Below, one piece after another: positions 1 through 13,167 of a DNA stretch of 64,000 bases. Below the pieces are notes generated by a model, which saw only the letters and a program-made list of their open reading frames with translations, was not told the DNA's origin and made no database searches. The translations under genes and the position numbers were made by a program. This DNA comes from Eledone cirrhosa (lineage: Eukaryota), in contig OZ024742.1 in the NCBI GenBank assembly GCA_964016885.1, forward strand, positions 283,960,001-284,024,000, read 5' to 3'. How positions within the stretch are numbered: the first letter of the stretch is position 1; each line of letters begins with the position of its first letter.

Positions 1-72
1 CAAAGAGTGAGACTTTGCTTCCTGGGGGGTGGCGAAAAGTACGTCTACTGTGGCATACTTTCTGCCTCGTGT
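1..72 (-). mobile_element. Tx1-like LINE ORF1 fragment (runs off the window start)
   Basis: Minus-strand translation TRGRKYATVDVLFATPQEAKSHSL matches the ORF1 motif TRGKKYATVDVLFATPQEAK of the Tx1 copies at 24-35 kb and 53-59 kb. Confidence 0.85.
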
Positions 73-187
73 AGTGTTGAAAATCTGGGGAACGTGAATC
101 TGTTGTAAGGCTGACATAGTGTCAGTCAGTTGTTAGCTAATAACCGAGAATTGTAACTCTTGTTTGTTTTAACTTTAATCGGTAGAT

Positions 188-975
188 GTTGATGGTGGTG
201 GTGGTGGTGATAGTGGTGGTGCTGGTGATTGTGGTGATGGTGGTGGTGATGGTGGTGATGGAGGTGATGGTGGTGGTGGTGGTAGTAGTGGTGATAGTGG
301 TGGTTGTGATGGTGGTGATAGTGATGGTGATAGTGGTGATGGTGGTGGTGGTGTCAGTGTGATAGTTGTGGCGGTGGTTGTGGTGATGGTGGTGGTGGTG
401 ATAGTGGTGTTGGTGGTGATGGTGGTGGCGATGATGGTAGTGGTGTCAGTGTGATAGTTGTAGTGGTTGTGGTGGTATCAGTGTGATAGTTGTGGCGGTG
501 GTGGTGGTGGTGGTGATGGTGGTGGTGAGGGTGGTGGTGGTGGTATCAGTGTGAAAGTTGTGGCGATGGTGTTGGTGTGATAGTTGGGGTGGTGGTGGTG
601 GTGTGGTGGGGGTGATGTAATGATTGCGGTGTTATGGTAGTGTTGGTGATATGGTGGTGGTTATGTGTGATGTTGATGATTTAATGATAGGAGAGTCAGT
701 AGTATTATAGCAACCATCCCACTACTATTATAACACTAGCCTAATCATTAACAACAACATACCACACCACATCACACCAAACCACATCACATCACTGCTA
801 ACACCATCACGCTAATACTTTCACTACCGCCATCACACCCCCACCCCTTCCTCCCATTACATCCCCATCATCACAGATCCACCATCACCACCACCATCAC
901 TACCACCACCACCATTACTACTGCAACAACACAATCATTGCATGACTTAACAACCCATCCTATCAACCACTGATA
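188..975. repeat. Low-complexity (GGT/GAT)n tract followed by an (ACC/ATC)n tract
   Basis: Degenerate trinucleotide repeats read directly: GGT-rich 188-680, ACC-rich ~750-975. Confidence 0.85.
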
Positions 976-1260
976 CCACTATATGTGAGTATTGTATATG
1001 TGAACAAGCATTCAAAGCTCCGAAAACACTCCTTGAGTTTGACGTAAAGTTTTTATCAGCTCCATATTGTAGTTTTTTTTTGTTTGTGTTATTTTATTGG
1101 GGGTTTTTTTCTATGAAAGATTAATGCGTATTAATAACAATAGGTTATTATTGCTGTTGGTATTTAGCTTCAGGTCGAGCTCACCTAAATTTCTATTTAT
1201 ACATTTAAACTAGTGCGAACTCACAATCATAAATAAAGTTTCTTTCGCATTGATATCATT

Positions 1261-1680
1261 GTCACGTTCGAGACATTTGATGAGGTTGGGCCGCTGCCAG
1301 AGAAGTTTTTGTCATCGCTGGCGGCTCGTCTTACTGAGTTGCCTGGTGATATCCGTGAGGGTGCCTGGTTGTTTCAGCGCCTTAGCCTTGCAATCACCCG
1401 TGGCAATGCTGCGAGCGTATTGGCTTGCTTTAAAGTTTTAGTTAGCCCTTATGATGTGATGTGCGGCCGTTTGCCGCACTTGGTGGTGAATTGGTGGTCG
1501 TTTTTTTTTTTGGCTCTCCTCTCAGCTTTTTTCTTTCTCTTTTCTTTTTTATGCGTTTATATTTGTGTTTATCAACGACATTATATTTGTGAGCAATTTA
1601 TAATGTTATTTACGCATTTGTAATGCTATTTATGTATATATTTAAAACATATTGTAATGTGAATAAAACCTTTTATCCTC
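1261..1680 (+). mobile_element. CRE-clade non-LTR retrotransposon 3' end (RLE C-terminus and 3' UTR)
   Basis: Translation VTFETFDEVGPLPEKFLSSLAARLTELPGDIREGAWLFQRLSLAITRGNAASVLAC fits the CRE RLE C-terminal pattern ET.G..G...FL..L..RL...GD.RE..WLFQRLS.A..RGNA; AATAAA at ~1662. Confidence 0.75.
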
Positions 1681-1803
1681 ACTCACCACCATACAGATTA
1701 TTTCTATACTATATATATCTAGACAAAGTGCCGCGTTTAAAATGACCAATACAAACCGTGTCTCATGGCGGTGTACCTATGACTTCATAGCGAGTTAAAC
1801 CCT

Positions 1804-2015
<212 letters not shown>

Positions 2016-2999
2016 GATAAGCGTTTACCGTTTCGATAGCAAAACGGTAAAGGCTTAACAGTAGAGCAGAAAATCCTTATCTCTACATTCTACTTTTCTT
2101 ATGTCCAGTATGTTCCGTTTGATATTCTTGTTAAACTCACTATACTGTTTATTTCTAATTATATATTCTTACATTCTTTACAAATTATCTCCTTATTTAA
2201 TGTTTGATATATTTCTATATACACACTCAGACATACATTCACATAAACACACACATACATTTACACACACACATACATACACAGCATAACAAACGAAACG
2301 CCAGCCGTTATTTTTCTAAAGTCTTTTCACCACCCCTGCCTTCCTTTTACGCACACATACATTCACACAGGCAGCAGAGGTAAAGAGAGAGGGGGAGTAT
2401 GAGGTAGTTAAACTACTCCTCTCTCTTTACGTATTGTGACAGAATCACAAAAATTTATATATAGATGTCATTCGCTTTTGAATGTATATTAAGAGCTCGG
2501 AATTTTTTCTTTGGGCTTCCTTTGCAGGCGATATGGCGCATGTTTATAATTTTCTCAGACAAGACATCTTTATTCATTTTAGTATTATAAATATGCTCAT
2601 CAATGTTATTTTAGTCGATCATTTTATTGTTGAATGTTTTTTTTTGTTGAATGTTTTTTTACTGCTATTCCTAACTATCCACATACCTATTCACGTCACA
2701 TGGACAAAACTGAGAGGCAGTGTTTTTTTAGAAACTCCATGTGTGTTTCGGCCAATCCTTAGATTTGTTTTAGAAGTGTAAGTTCATATAGTTAAATCTC
2801 TCTCGCCGGTCATCCTAATTAACCATTGAACTAAACCATTTCAAAGGTGAAACATGATTCTGAAGCCATAAAGGAATTATGTACGTAGACTTAATCCGTC
2901 TCCTTGTTAAACACCACCACCTAGCATTCTGGCCAGGTGATGGGGTTTAACAGTGGCTCTGCTATTTCTAGCAAGGTCGAACGACTACGTAGATGCACC

Positions 3000-3032
<33 letters not shown>

Positions 3033-3549
3033 TCATCAACATAGCAATAGCAACAACAGCAGCAGCAACAACAACAACAGCAACAACAACAGCAACAATA
3101 GTTGCAACAACAACGTCATCAACTGGAGTGGCAAACATTACCATCGCCACCAACACTAACAACAACAATAGATTGCACAGGAAGCATGTAAGAACGTGTG
3201 TGTATAAAGAGATATTTCGTTGGTGGGCTTAACGTGAAGTAAACATGTAATCTAATGTAAACAAATACTCGCTTTCGGAACTGTCTAAACTTACAAAGGA
3301 AGTATGAGACGGCGTTAAAAACGCTATCTTATTATTTTATTTTTATACTCTTTAACTAAATTTAATCAGGTCTCGTTTGCCTTAAAAATGTGAGGGGGAC
3401 AATCCAACATTTGTTGATTCTTAAAGGAGCATAAATTACTTATGGTGACTTTCTCGGACCCTATCACATAAGGAACATTTTACGCTAATTAAATTTTATA
3501 TATTCAAATGATAAAATAAAGCACTAGCAATACACTGGGGTCTCACCCG

Positions 3550-3910
3550 CGGGGGACTGGAACGACATCATAGACGCATGCGGGGGATTGTGTAGGAGTA
3601 GCTGATAGGACCGGAGCCGGGGGTGCAAAAGCCTCAAGTACCTGATCAGCCAGTTCCAACTGTCTGACAAGTACCGACAAGATTTTCAGTGTGAACCTGG
3701 ACTGACAGCACAGAGTCATCTAGATCGTATATAGATGGGTTTTTCGTTGGGTCAACAGATAAGGATAGTATAGATTGTCCACCTTTTCGAACGATCGCCT
3801 ATTCAAATCACACATTTGTGATCTGCATGGTCGACCTAGATAGAATATGCTAGCTAGTACTTGGTTACTGCAACCTTAACGCATCATTCCTGGCGTGTAA
3901 ACCCTATACA
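3550..3910 (+). mobile_element. Degenerate Tx1-like APE endonuclease fragment
   Basis: GDWNDIIDA, SYIDG and NHTFVIC..DLDR segments are colinear with the EN region of the Tx1 copies; frameshifted; preceded by a SINE remnant at ~3510-3540. Confidence 0.75.
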
Positions 3911-4036
3911 AATGCAGACACATGCACTCACACAACAGTGTATGTATGTATGTATGTATATATAATATATATTTCAGAAGATCCCGTTAAGGGTGAAAGC
4001 AGCGATTCTTTGCTTAAACTTTAATCTGTTATTTTA

Positions 4037-4097
<61 letters not shown>

Positions 4098-4130
4098 TGT
4101 ATGTATGTATGTATGTATGTATGTATGTAT

Positions 4131-4768
4131 GTCAGGTCACCAGCTGGTGCTACTGGTAACATGTATCCCAGTACAACCTGTCTCATGGTCGGGTCGTTGG
4201 CGACTAAACTGGCAACCCCACCAAGGTTTCTTGGTGAGGGGGGTGACTTTGGACATCCTGCAGGACTAAAAACAAAACCTGTCAAAGGGCAAAGGAGCTC
4301 TTAAGAGTCAATGGCCATCCAAAATCACCGGGAGAGATGACCCCTTAGCCCTTGTCGAGGCAGAATTCTAGGAGAAGGAAAACTCTGATATAACACCTGC
4401 AACCCTGATGGTATCCAATGATGTTGACTTGTTCTTCTTTTTGGTAAATATCATCTTGGTTAAGAGAGTGGGACTGGCTTTGTGCAGTGCCTTTGCTCAC
4501 TATAAAGGCTTCACGGCACAGGCATTGCTTTATATCTGGAGATCTCTCTGCACTTGTCCTCACATGGGCCCAGCACTATGTGTCAATAATTGTCCTACCA
4601 TGGGCCCAGCACTATGTGTCAATAATTGTCACAGGTGTAGTGTTTGTACCAGAGGTTTCAAGTCGCTGGCTGGACTAAAAAGTCACACTCGTTCAGCGCT
4701 TCGGTAGGGGTTATCCTACATGGATGTAAAGTAGTGGCCGTACTCGAAAACGAGTTGGCAGCCACCAT
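4131..4768 (+). mobile_element. Bipartite non-autonomous RTE-derived element, copy 1, flanked by (ATGT)n
   Basis: RTE-like 5' UTR (CTAGGAGAAGGAAAACTCTG motif) joined to an RTE-like C-terminal C2H2 finger (CSVCTRGFKSLAGLKSHTR) and a 3' end GGCAGCCACC(ATGT)n; homologous copies at 14.1, 35.8-39.6 and 44.9 kb. Confidence 0.7.
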
Positions 4769-4868
4769 GTATGTACGTATGTATGTAAAAGGTAAACAGA
4801 AATAACAACACAATCGGTACAGTATATATTAGATTAACGCTTGATATAGCAGGAAGAGGGTCTTGACG

Positions 4869-4920
<52 letters not shown>

Positions 4921-5162
4921 CAACTCATAGCTACAGCTGAGTGAAATGGGGCAACGTGAAATAAAGTGTCTTTCTGAAGGACACAATGCATCGCCCGGTC
5001 CGGGAATCGAACTTCCAACCGCACAATTGTGAATCTAACCTCTAAATATGCCTTCACATATATATCTACTATATATTGGAGAGTATATGTGTGTATGTGT
5101 GTATGTATGTAAGTATGTATGTGTGTGTATATGTATGTGTGTGACTTTGTGTGCGTGTGCGT

Positions 5163-5207
<45 letters not shown>

Positions 5208-5325
5208 CGTGTGTGTGTGTGTATGTGTGTGTGTATACAAATATCGCTCCGAGATCAACTGTACCTTCTATCCTTTCGGAGCCGATGAAATAAGTACCAG
5301 CCAAGGATGATAGATTGACAGAATT

Positions 5326-5520
5326 CACCTGTCAACTCTCCCTGACTGACGGAGAGATCTCCGATCCACTTCGGCGTGGGTGAGAGTTGTCTTCTCTTGT
5401 GAAGATGGGTATAACTTTCATTATGTAAAATCTCCCCATTTTGTCTCATTTCTCCCCGTTTTGGGGTATTTTTTTTTTCATTGTACTCCCCGTTTGGGTT
5501 TTTAGAAGTTGGCAGGGTTG
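5326..5520. mobile_element. MITE with CCTG(C/T)CAAC...GTTG(G/A)CAGG termini (hAT-like); second copy at 43190-43330
   Basis: Short terminal inverted repeats; the two copies are homologous in opposite orientation. TSD not clearly seen. Confidence 0.6.
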
Positions 5521-6396
5521 ATATATTGAATACTTGTTTCTACTTTTGACACAAGGCTAGCAATTACCCCAGTGCATTAACGGTGCTTTACGTAAGGATG
5601 AAAGACAAAGTTAACTTCGGCGGAATTTGAATTCAGACCGTAACGGGCCATAACTCTGTGCTGCAAAGCCTGGAGTTCGACCCTCTACCAATACTGACTA
5701 GGTAATGTGAATCCACTCACCTCACTGTATTTAATGCTAAAATATTAATTAGATATTAGTTAAGTTCAGGGCTAGGTATTTATTCTATCTCACTGTGTTC
5801 TGATGTTCTGAGTTCAAATCCTCGCGAGGTAAATGTTTCCTTTCCTACTTTGAGGGTCGATAAAAATGAAGTGTTATTATAAGGTAGTGGGTTGGCAGAA
5901 TCATTAGAACGCCAGACAAGATGCATTATGGTATTTGTGTCTCAGTTCTTGGGTGGTAGACTGAATCTGTCACCTTATTTAACACCACCATATTTTGTGT
6001 CCCAGAGTTGTCTCATGCGTGTTTTGTATAACTATGACATAATGCATGAAACAATTTGTAACGTAGAACAATTCTATCCCAATAATTGATTGCACTACAC
6101 ATGATTATATGTTTTGGAACACCGTCGGTGCCGACGACGAGTGTTTTGGTTGTCCGAACAACGGAACTGACTGCTCGTAAAAATTACTGTGCAAGTATGA
6201 CGTGCACAATTAGTTCTCAGGGAGATTCAGCGTGACATTCTGTGCGACAAAATGTACCTAAATTACAGGTACATCGTTTCTATTTGATTGAACTGGTGCA
6301 ACGTAAATAAAATTTCTTGCTGAAGGAAAAATGCACCAACGGGAACCGAACTCACGACCTTACGACCATGAGCTGAACTTTCTAACCATCTCTGTC

Positions 6397-6499
<103 letters not shown>

Positions 6500-6981
6500 A
6501 GACCGAAAAATGCGGGCGCATGTGTATTAATATTCTTAAATAATAATAAACCTGGAAAAGTACAGGACAAGTAGAATTAACTCTTAAAATATTGAAGCTG
6601 GAATTTGAATTTGATGAATTCAGTGTACAGTAAAATTAGCAATGCCAAGAGATAATAAGAAATAATAAGTAATTAGGGGATTTATTAGATATTAAGTCTC
6701 ATCAGTTTGCCTAAGTCAGCAATCACCATTTTGCCAACCAAATGCAATTAATGTCATCAATCTTTTGTACATAAATTGTCAGTTCATTTAAGTTGTCACT
6801 TTTTTTGTCCCTTTAGTGGGTTAATTATACGGTATTACTTTAAAAATTGACATTAAAAATTAATTGAAATTAATAGTAAAAAGTAATGAGCTAAATTTTG
6901 CATAAATTGTCATCATATTAAAATTATTAATCTAATTTCATTTTAAAAAAAGTTAAGCCAAAATTTGTCAAGATCGAATTA

Positions 6982-7100
6982 CAGTTGACTCTCCCTAATT
7001 GTCAGCGCCATTTTTGGCCCAACTTTTATTTTTTGTGACTCTCCCTAATTGTCAGTCATTTTTACAGTTCCTTTGAGTGACAATTAGAGATAGTCAACTG
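6982..7100. mobile_element. Tc1/mariner (pogo/Tigger-like) MITE
   Basis: TA|CAGTTGACTCTCCCTAATTGTCA ... TGACAATTAGAGATAGTCAACTG|TA: ~23-bp TIRs and a TA target duplication. Confidence 0.85.
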
Positions 7101-7271
7101 TATTTCAAAAAGAAAATTCAGTGATCAAGTGCGATATCTTTCTGATTGATAATCTGGATTACTGTTCCTTTCTTATGAGGAAAGCAGGGACTATCTTTTA
7201 GAGATTAGCACCAAAGATTAACTAGGCCATTCCTAATGAATCAAGGTGATTTCTAGATCGTTTCTAATTAT

Positions 7272-7700
7272 TTAATTAATAATTAAAGTGCACTTTCGTT
7301 GATGTCTGCATGCCATGATGATCTCTGATTTCAGGTTGACTGCGTAACCCTTTAATCTCACTATCTCCATGGCTTCGGACAAGCACAGCCTGCACTTCCC
7401 CTCGCCGGCCGAGTATGCATTAGCACGTTGAACGATACTCCAGTTGAGATCGTACGTGGTGCCGCTGTCCTTCAAGTCCCATATCAGGTCCACCAGTCTA
7501 GTGGAGTGTCTCTGGCTCCGGTCCTTGAATGAGTTCGTGTGATTGTACATCTTCGATTTAAAGGTCGTGGATGCTGCGCCGATGTAGATGTGCTTGGTCT
7601 TGGTGTTATGCGTGCTAACTACACATTTATAGACTCCGCCCTCCGCTAGGCAACTTCCCTACAGAGGGCATTGTGTGTCCACTCGGCAGTTGCATGTTCG
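7272..7700 (-). mobile_element. Penelope-like element GIY-YIG endonuclease fragment (Neptune-type)
   Basis: CNCR..CPL*GSCL..GGVYKC...YIGAASTTFK..MYNHTNSF...CRLCLSE...NLKSEIIMACRH; one in-frame stop. Confidence 0.88.
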
Positions 7701-7940
7701 GGCTGTGTGTTGCTCATTCCTTACGCGGGGGCCTGGCCTTTTTGTGGGGCTCTCCCCATCCGCTGAGTGGGCTCCGTGCTTTCGTGCTGTGCCCCCTGGT
7801 TATCGAGTATTGTGTCTCCTACGGGTAGATCGCCTCCCATGGAGTTAATTATTATTGAGTAAAATGACAGATCTTAAATATTTCTCTCTACTTTTCAGCT
7901 CCTTGGATTGTATTATTCCTTTATTAGATAAATTTCGTAA

Positions 7941-7996
7941 CACGTGATGATGTCACCGGGTTCTTGCAGAGCCCGGTCATTGAAATGTGCATAGTG
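7941..7996 (+). ncRNA. Degenerate minimal hammerhead ribozyme motif next to the Penelope EN fragment
   Basis: CAC-GTGATGA-T-[stem ACCGGG..CCCGGT]-T-GAAA-TGTGCA-TA-GTG; C3 is replaced by G. Confidence 0.55.
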
Positions 7997-8051
7997 CTTT
8001 ATAATAAACCTTTAAGGAATTTCACCAGTCCAGCCTCCTGTCATTTTACTT

Positions 8052-8181
<130 letters not shown>

Positions 8182-8460
8182 ATCTACCAAAATATACGGT
8201 AGTGTCCAATCCGTATGAAGAACTCAATGTAATCCAAATATCATGAAAAGAGAAAATGTATTCAAAATTTTTTTCGATGAAAATCACAGGAAAACAGTCA
8301 AGATAAATTAATAAAAACAATGAATAAAAACAAAGAAACAGTTCCTTATATTAACAAATTCATCATTTTATATCATTATATATCCTAGAAACGATCGTAA
8401 AATGATGAATTTTTTAATATAAGGAACTGTTTCTTTGTTTTTATTCATTGTTTATAATTA

Positions 8461-8526
<66 letters not shown>

Positions 8527-8726
8527 CATTCTATTCTTCTCACTTTTGTGTTTCTGTCTTCCTTCACACTTCCTTCTCAATCACACGTCACTACGGCTCT
8601 TTCTCTTTATCTGTACATTTATGCGTGTATATGTGTGACCGTGCAGCTGTGTATATATGCGTGTGTGTATATATATGTGTGTGTGTTTATTATGTATGTA
8701 AATATGTATGAATGAATATACATATA

Positions 8727-8757
<31 letters not shown>

Positions 8758-9759
8758 ACACACACAATAACCCTCCTATTTCTTCCTTTACATTGTCAGA
8801 CCCTTGGATAAACAAAGTAAATTCCTTACACTACTTGCTGTCGAGAATGAAAACACACTCGGTATGTCCATTTCGTGCCATCACGGAAAGACGAATGTCA
8901 AAGCCGATGGGAACAAGACCAAAGATGCCGACGGTGGCAGTGACAGCGACAACGACAACGAAGGGGTTGTTATTGATGATGACTATGATGATGATGATGT
9001 TGGTGAGGAGGATTGCTAGTCACTTGTTTAGAAATAACAGAAGCGATGTCGTATCTTCTCCTGTGCTTCATGTTTCTAACTATCAAAGAAGCTTCCACGC
9101 AAGTAATTCGAGGGAAACCCAATGGGAAGACATGGAACCATTATTTGAAAATGGTAGCTAATAAAAACCTTTCAAAAGTTACCCCCGAGACCGAACATTA
9201 CGGCAAGCAACAAAAGCGAGTCTTTAATAAGAGATTGCCGTCATTGCCAACATGGGTAGCGCGAGGCAGTAATGAAGGGAAAACTTCTAAACAACGCCTT
9301 ACTAAAGAAAATTTTGAACAAACCAGACGACATGACAGATTAGATGAGTTACCATTTCCTTCCTCAACTAATGAAAGAAGAAATCAAGTATGAGCATTTT
9401 TGTTATTTAATTGACATATTTTCTTTCTATGTAATTGATCTTTCCATTTAATTTATATATTTCCATTTAATTTATATATTTATTAATTTATATATTTCCA
9501 TTTAATTTATATATTTTAACAAGTATATATATATATGATTAGAGCAAACATCACGGGCGCTCTATCTCAAAATTATTTTTGAAAAGCATTAGAAATGCGC
9601 AACCGGTAAAAACTTAAAACCAAAACTGAATACTAACCAATACTATTACTAATTTTTACTTATTCCTAATTAAACTATTTTTTACTGGGAACAATTTGTC
9701 AGCATTTTCTTTTCCTTTTACCAATATATCATAACTCGTGTGTTACACCTCTATTCTTT

Positions 9760-9806
<47 letters not shown>

Positions 9807-9896
9807 GAAAAGTATAGAAATTGTTGTAGCGAGAAGTATTCCATAATATATGTGACTATAGCGTCAAAATGGGAAAATAGTTAACATAAGATATGG

Positions 9897-9931
<35 letters not shown>

Positions 9932-10110
9932 AAAAAAGGAAAAGAATGTCTTCACTTGTAATTGTAAACAATTTAATTTTATAATATTACAATTTTACAA
10001 TTTAAAGCAAAATTGTAATATTATAAAATTAAATTGTTTAGAACTACAGGTGAAGTCATTCTTTTCCTTTTTTCAAATATTCCTAACTGTACCAAGGATT
10101 TCACACATTT

Positions 10111-10236
<126 letters not shown>

Positions 10237-11246
10237 CAGTTTCTATATTTTAAATTATCAAAATTAACTTATCTAAAAAAAAATCTCAGATCAGTTTGAT
10301 GGAAATTATTTTTACCATCTTATTCCTTTCTTTACCACGTCTATATCTTGCTTTGCAGTTTGAAATTCCTACATGCTTTAAACAAGGGTTTTGCCCCATA
10401 CGTGAGAATTTTATTTCCCTCGTGACTTATAAATTTATTCAAATTTATAAACTTTATTGAACTAATTTTTTGTTGAATACTACTACCAGCATTCTCGTAT
10501 TCTACAGCTAAAATGTGTAGTTGATACTCCTCTAATTTGTAGTTGATACTCCTCTATGAAACCAAAGACACTCTTGAGAAAAATCTGTTCATCATCATTA
10601 GTTTGTTGCTGGATAGGCTTTCAGATATTTCGGGCCTATGTCTTTTGGAGGAAAATAGGGATATATTGATGCTATTGCTTTTCTGGCTACCTTTTAACCA
10701 TGGATCGAAACCACATCGCGGACTAGGTTCACAAGGATCTATCTCTTGCTCTAAGGCGTCCACCATATTACCTCTTTCACTTATCTACTGCCAACCAAAA
10801 TGAATCAAAATTAAAGTTCAGTGATTAAGTAAATATGGATCTTCATCGGTTTCGACGATAAGTATTCATTTGTTTGATGATCTGAATTTGCTTGTAAATG
10901 GCTTATTATACCACAGACACGTGTACCCTTAACGTAATTTATGAAGGCACGTGGACTAGTGATAAGGATGTTGGACTCATGATAATAAAATCGTAGGTTC
11001 GCTTCCTGGGCGGAGCAGCGTGTTGAGTTCTTGTAAAAAATACTATATTCATATTGCCCCTTCTGTTACGACCGACGGATATCTTCTGCAATGGAAACTT
11101 TATCTCCCTAGACTAATCTAATAATCGGCTCATTTTCCTTTTTCTTTTTAACGTAACCCATCAACCAATGACCTCCACCCATCCCAATCACCACCCTCTC
11201 CTACCACCAGAAAATGTATAAATACCACCATATTACATTGACAGTC

Positions 11247-11382
11247 GGCGTCCTGATTATTTCTCCCGAATGAAACAGTTCTAGTCCTGTAGAAGCCATT
11301 TCTATATTAAATATTTATACTCTTCTATGTATTGAGTACCTTACTTACTGTGGTTACCTCCGTTTCAACCCGGGATAAACTT
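11247..11382 (+). mobile_element. Penelope-type 3' terminus with degenerate hammerhead; second copy at 22808-22920
   Basis: GGCGTC-CTGATTA-T-TTC.TCCC.GAA-T-GAAA-CAG..CTG-TA-GAAGCC, followed by a ~85-bp tail ending in (TA)n that is shared with the 22.8 kb copy. Confidence 0.6.
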
Positions 11383-12159
11383 ATATATATATATATATAT
11401 ATATATCCTTACGGTAAACTTTGATGTAATTCAATTCAAGCACTCCACCTACTTTTTCCACATAATAACGGAGTATATTTAGAATAAGAAAATGTGAATT
11501 AGTTGCAGATGTTAAAGTCGTTTATTGATAAGGCTGTGATACATATTTCAATGACGACAGTGATCATGCTATTCCACACAACCAGTGCCATGATCTCATT
11601 AGACAGCTTCTTTACATAATAAGGTTACGTTCTCGAGGCAATCCAAACTAAAACGACAAGGGAACGGACAAAGATGATGTTTTTGAAGCCTTCGCCACAA
11701 GTCCAGCAATTTGAATGGAAAAGGAAAGTCGATGAAATTGACCCAGTACTTTACTGACACTTTTTTCTATCGATCTCGTAACATCATTTTTTGTACATGT
11801 TAATTTTTTAACATATAAAGATCCTTTAGATATATATATATCAGGTGCGCTTTTCACACCCCTTTTTTTAATCATTTTCCTTATATATGTTTTGTAGCTT
11901 AACGTCTCTAAATTAATGTTTTGTCCTTCGTCTCTTACTCCACTGGACAGCATTTGGCTTATGTCAGATGCTGTGACCCTCAATGAACCAGCAGTACCGT
12001 TGGTAAGGGTCGAAACTGCCAAAGTCCATCTCAACAGCCGAAGACCATGGAGTTCTGTGTCCTTCGATTGCATTTTTAGGTTTCCCCTTAAAAATTGTTT
12101 TTTCGTTTTCTTTTGTTTCCGTTCGTTGTCTTGTCCTCTCTTTGTTAATCCTCTTAAGT

Positions 12160-12254
<95 letters not shown>

Positions 12255-12344
12255 TTTGAGTATATATTGGTTGTTTACCGACACCTCAGTATGCAGATTG
12301 GAGCACTCGACGAAGTAGCAGGTTGGTTTGTTTACTCCGGAGTA

Positions 12345-13167
12345 ATGTAAAATAAGTAACTCAAACATGTAAAATTTGGCTTCGTTTATTATAAATTCTT
12401 TGCTATATATATTTCGGTGACAGCTATTATTGGCTGTGACCTCTTTGGGCAGGGGTCTGTTTGGGTTCCCAGGGTGGGTTCCGGGTCCACCATTCCTCTC
12501 CTCCACATGGCTCTGCTGGGTGGCTATATTGTCAGTTGCTGGCTGTGTGTAGTTTCTAAGTCTACTCCTTTATTTCATTTTATATTTTTCTTAATTTTCG
12601 ATTTTTTTTATTTTTATTCCTTGTAACAGACACGCATTCTTTATTTGGCATCCCGCACCACGTGAAGTGGTGGCAGGATAGATGCAAGTCTACACACATA
12701 AATTCTTCAGATCATAGCAGCAGCCTACTAAGGCTGACCTGCTAGCTGACCTCTTAACACCACTACCACTACAAGTACCGCCACAGTAAAGGAAGTCAGC
12801 TGGACTTAAACATTCTGATAAAAACAACTATAACAGGCTGACCTGTCTCTGAAGAATTTCTATAGACTTTCGGCTGGGGAGTGGTATGACAACTGACCAA
12901 TGGGGTACGAGCGTGTCCTCTGACGCTGAAATTCGTTTTTTCTAGCCCATATGATTCCAGTTCCGCGGAGTACTAACAACACACCCAGGAGCTGGACATA
13001 TCGATGTATTGACAGAGTGGAACACATTTCAACAACATGTTTACCTGTTCTTTCTACATTAATTCGTACTGCCTGAAGAGGTCACAGCCAATAATATATT
13101 TCCACCGAAATATATATAGCAGAGAATTTATAATAAATGAAGCCAAATTTTACATGTTTGACTTACT

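Noticed and set aside
10508-10830. Possible host exon after a 19-bp tandem duplication
   Set aside because: No convincing donor that keeps an open frame; left as a weak candidate only.
11648-12073. 141-aa minus-strand ORF as a gene
   Set aside because: The first part resembles a decayed RTE C-terminus (ELHGLRLLRWTLAVS) and the remainder is AT-rich with no domain.
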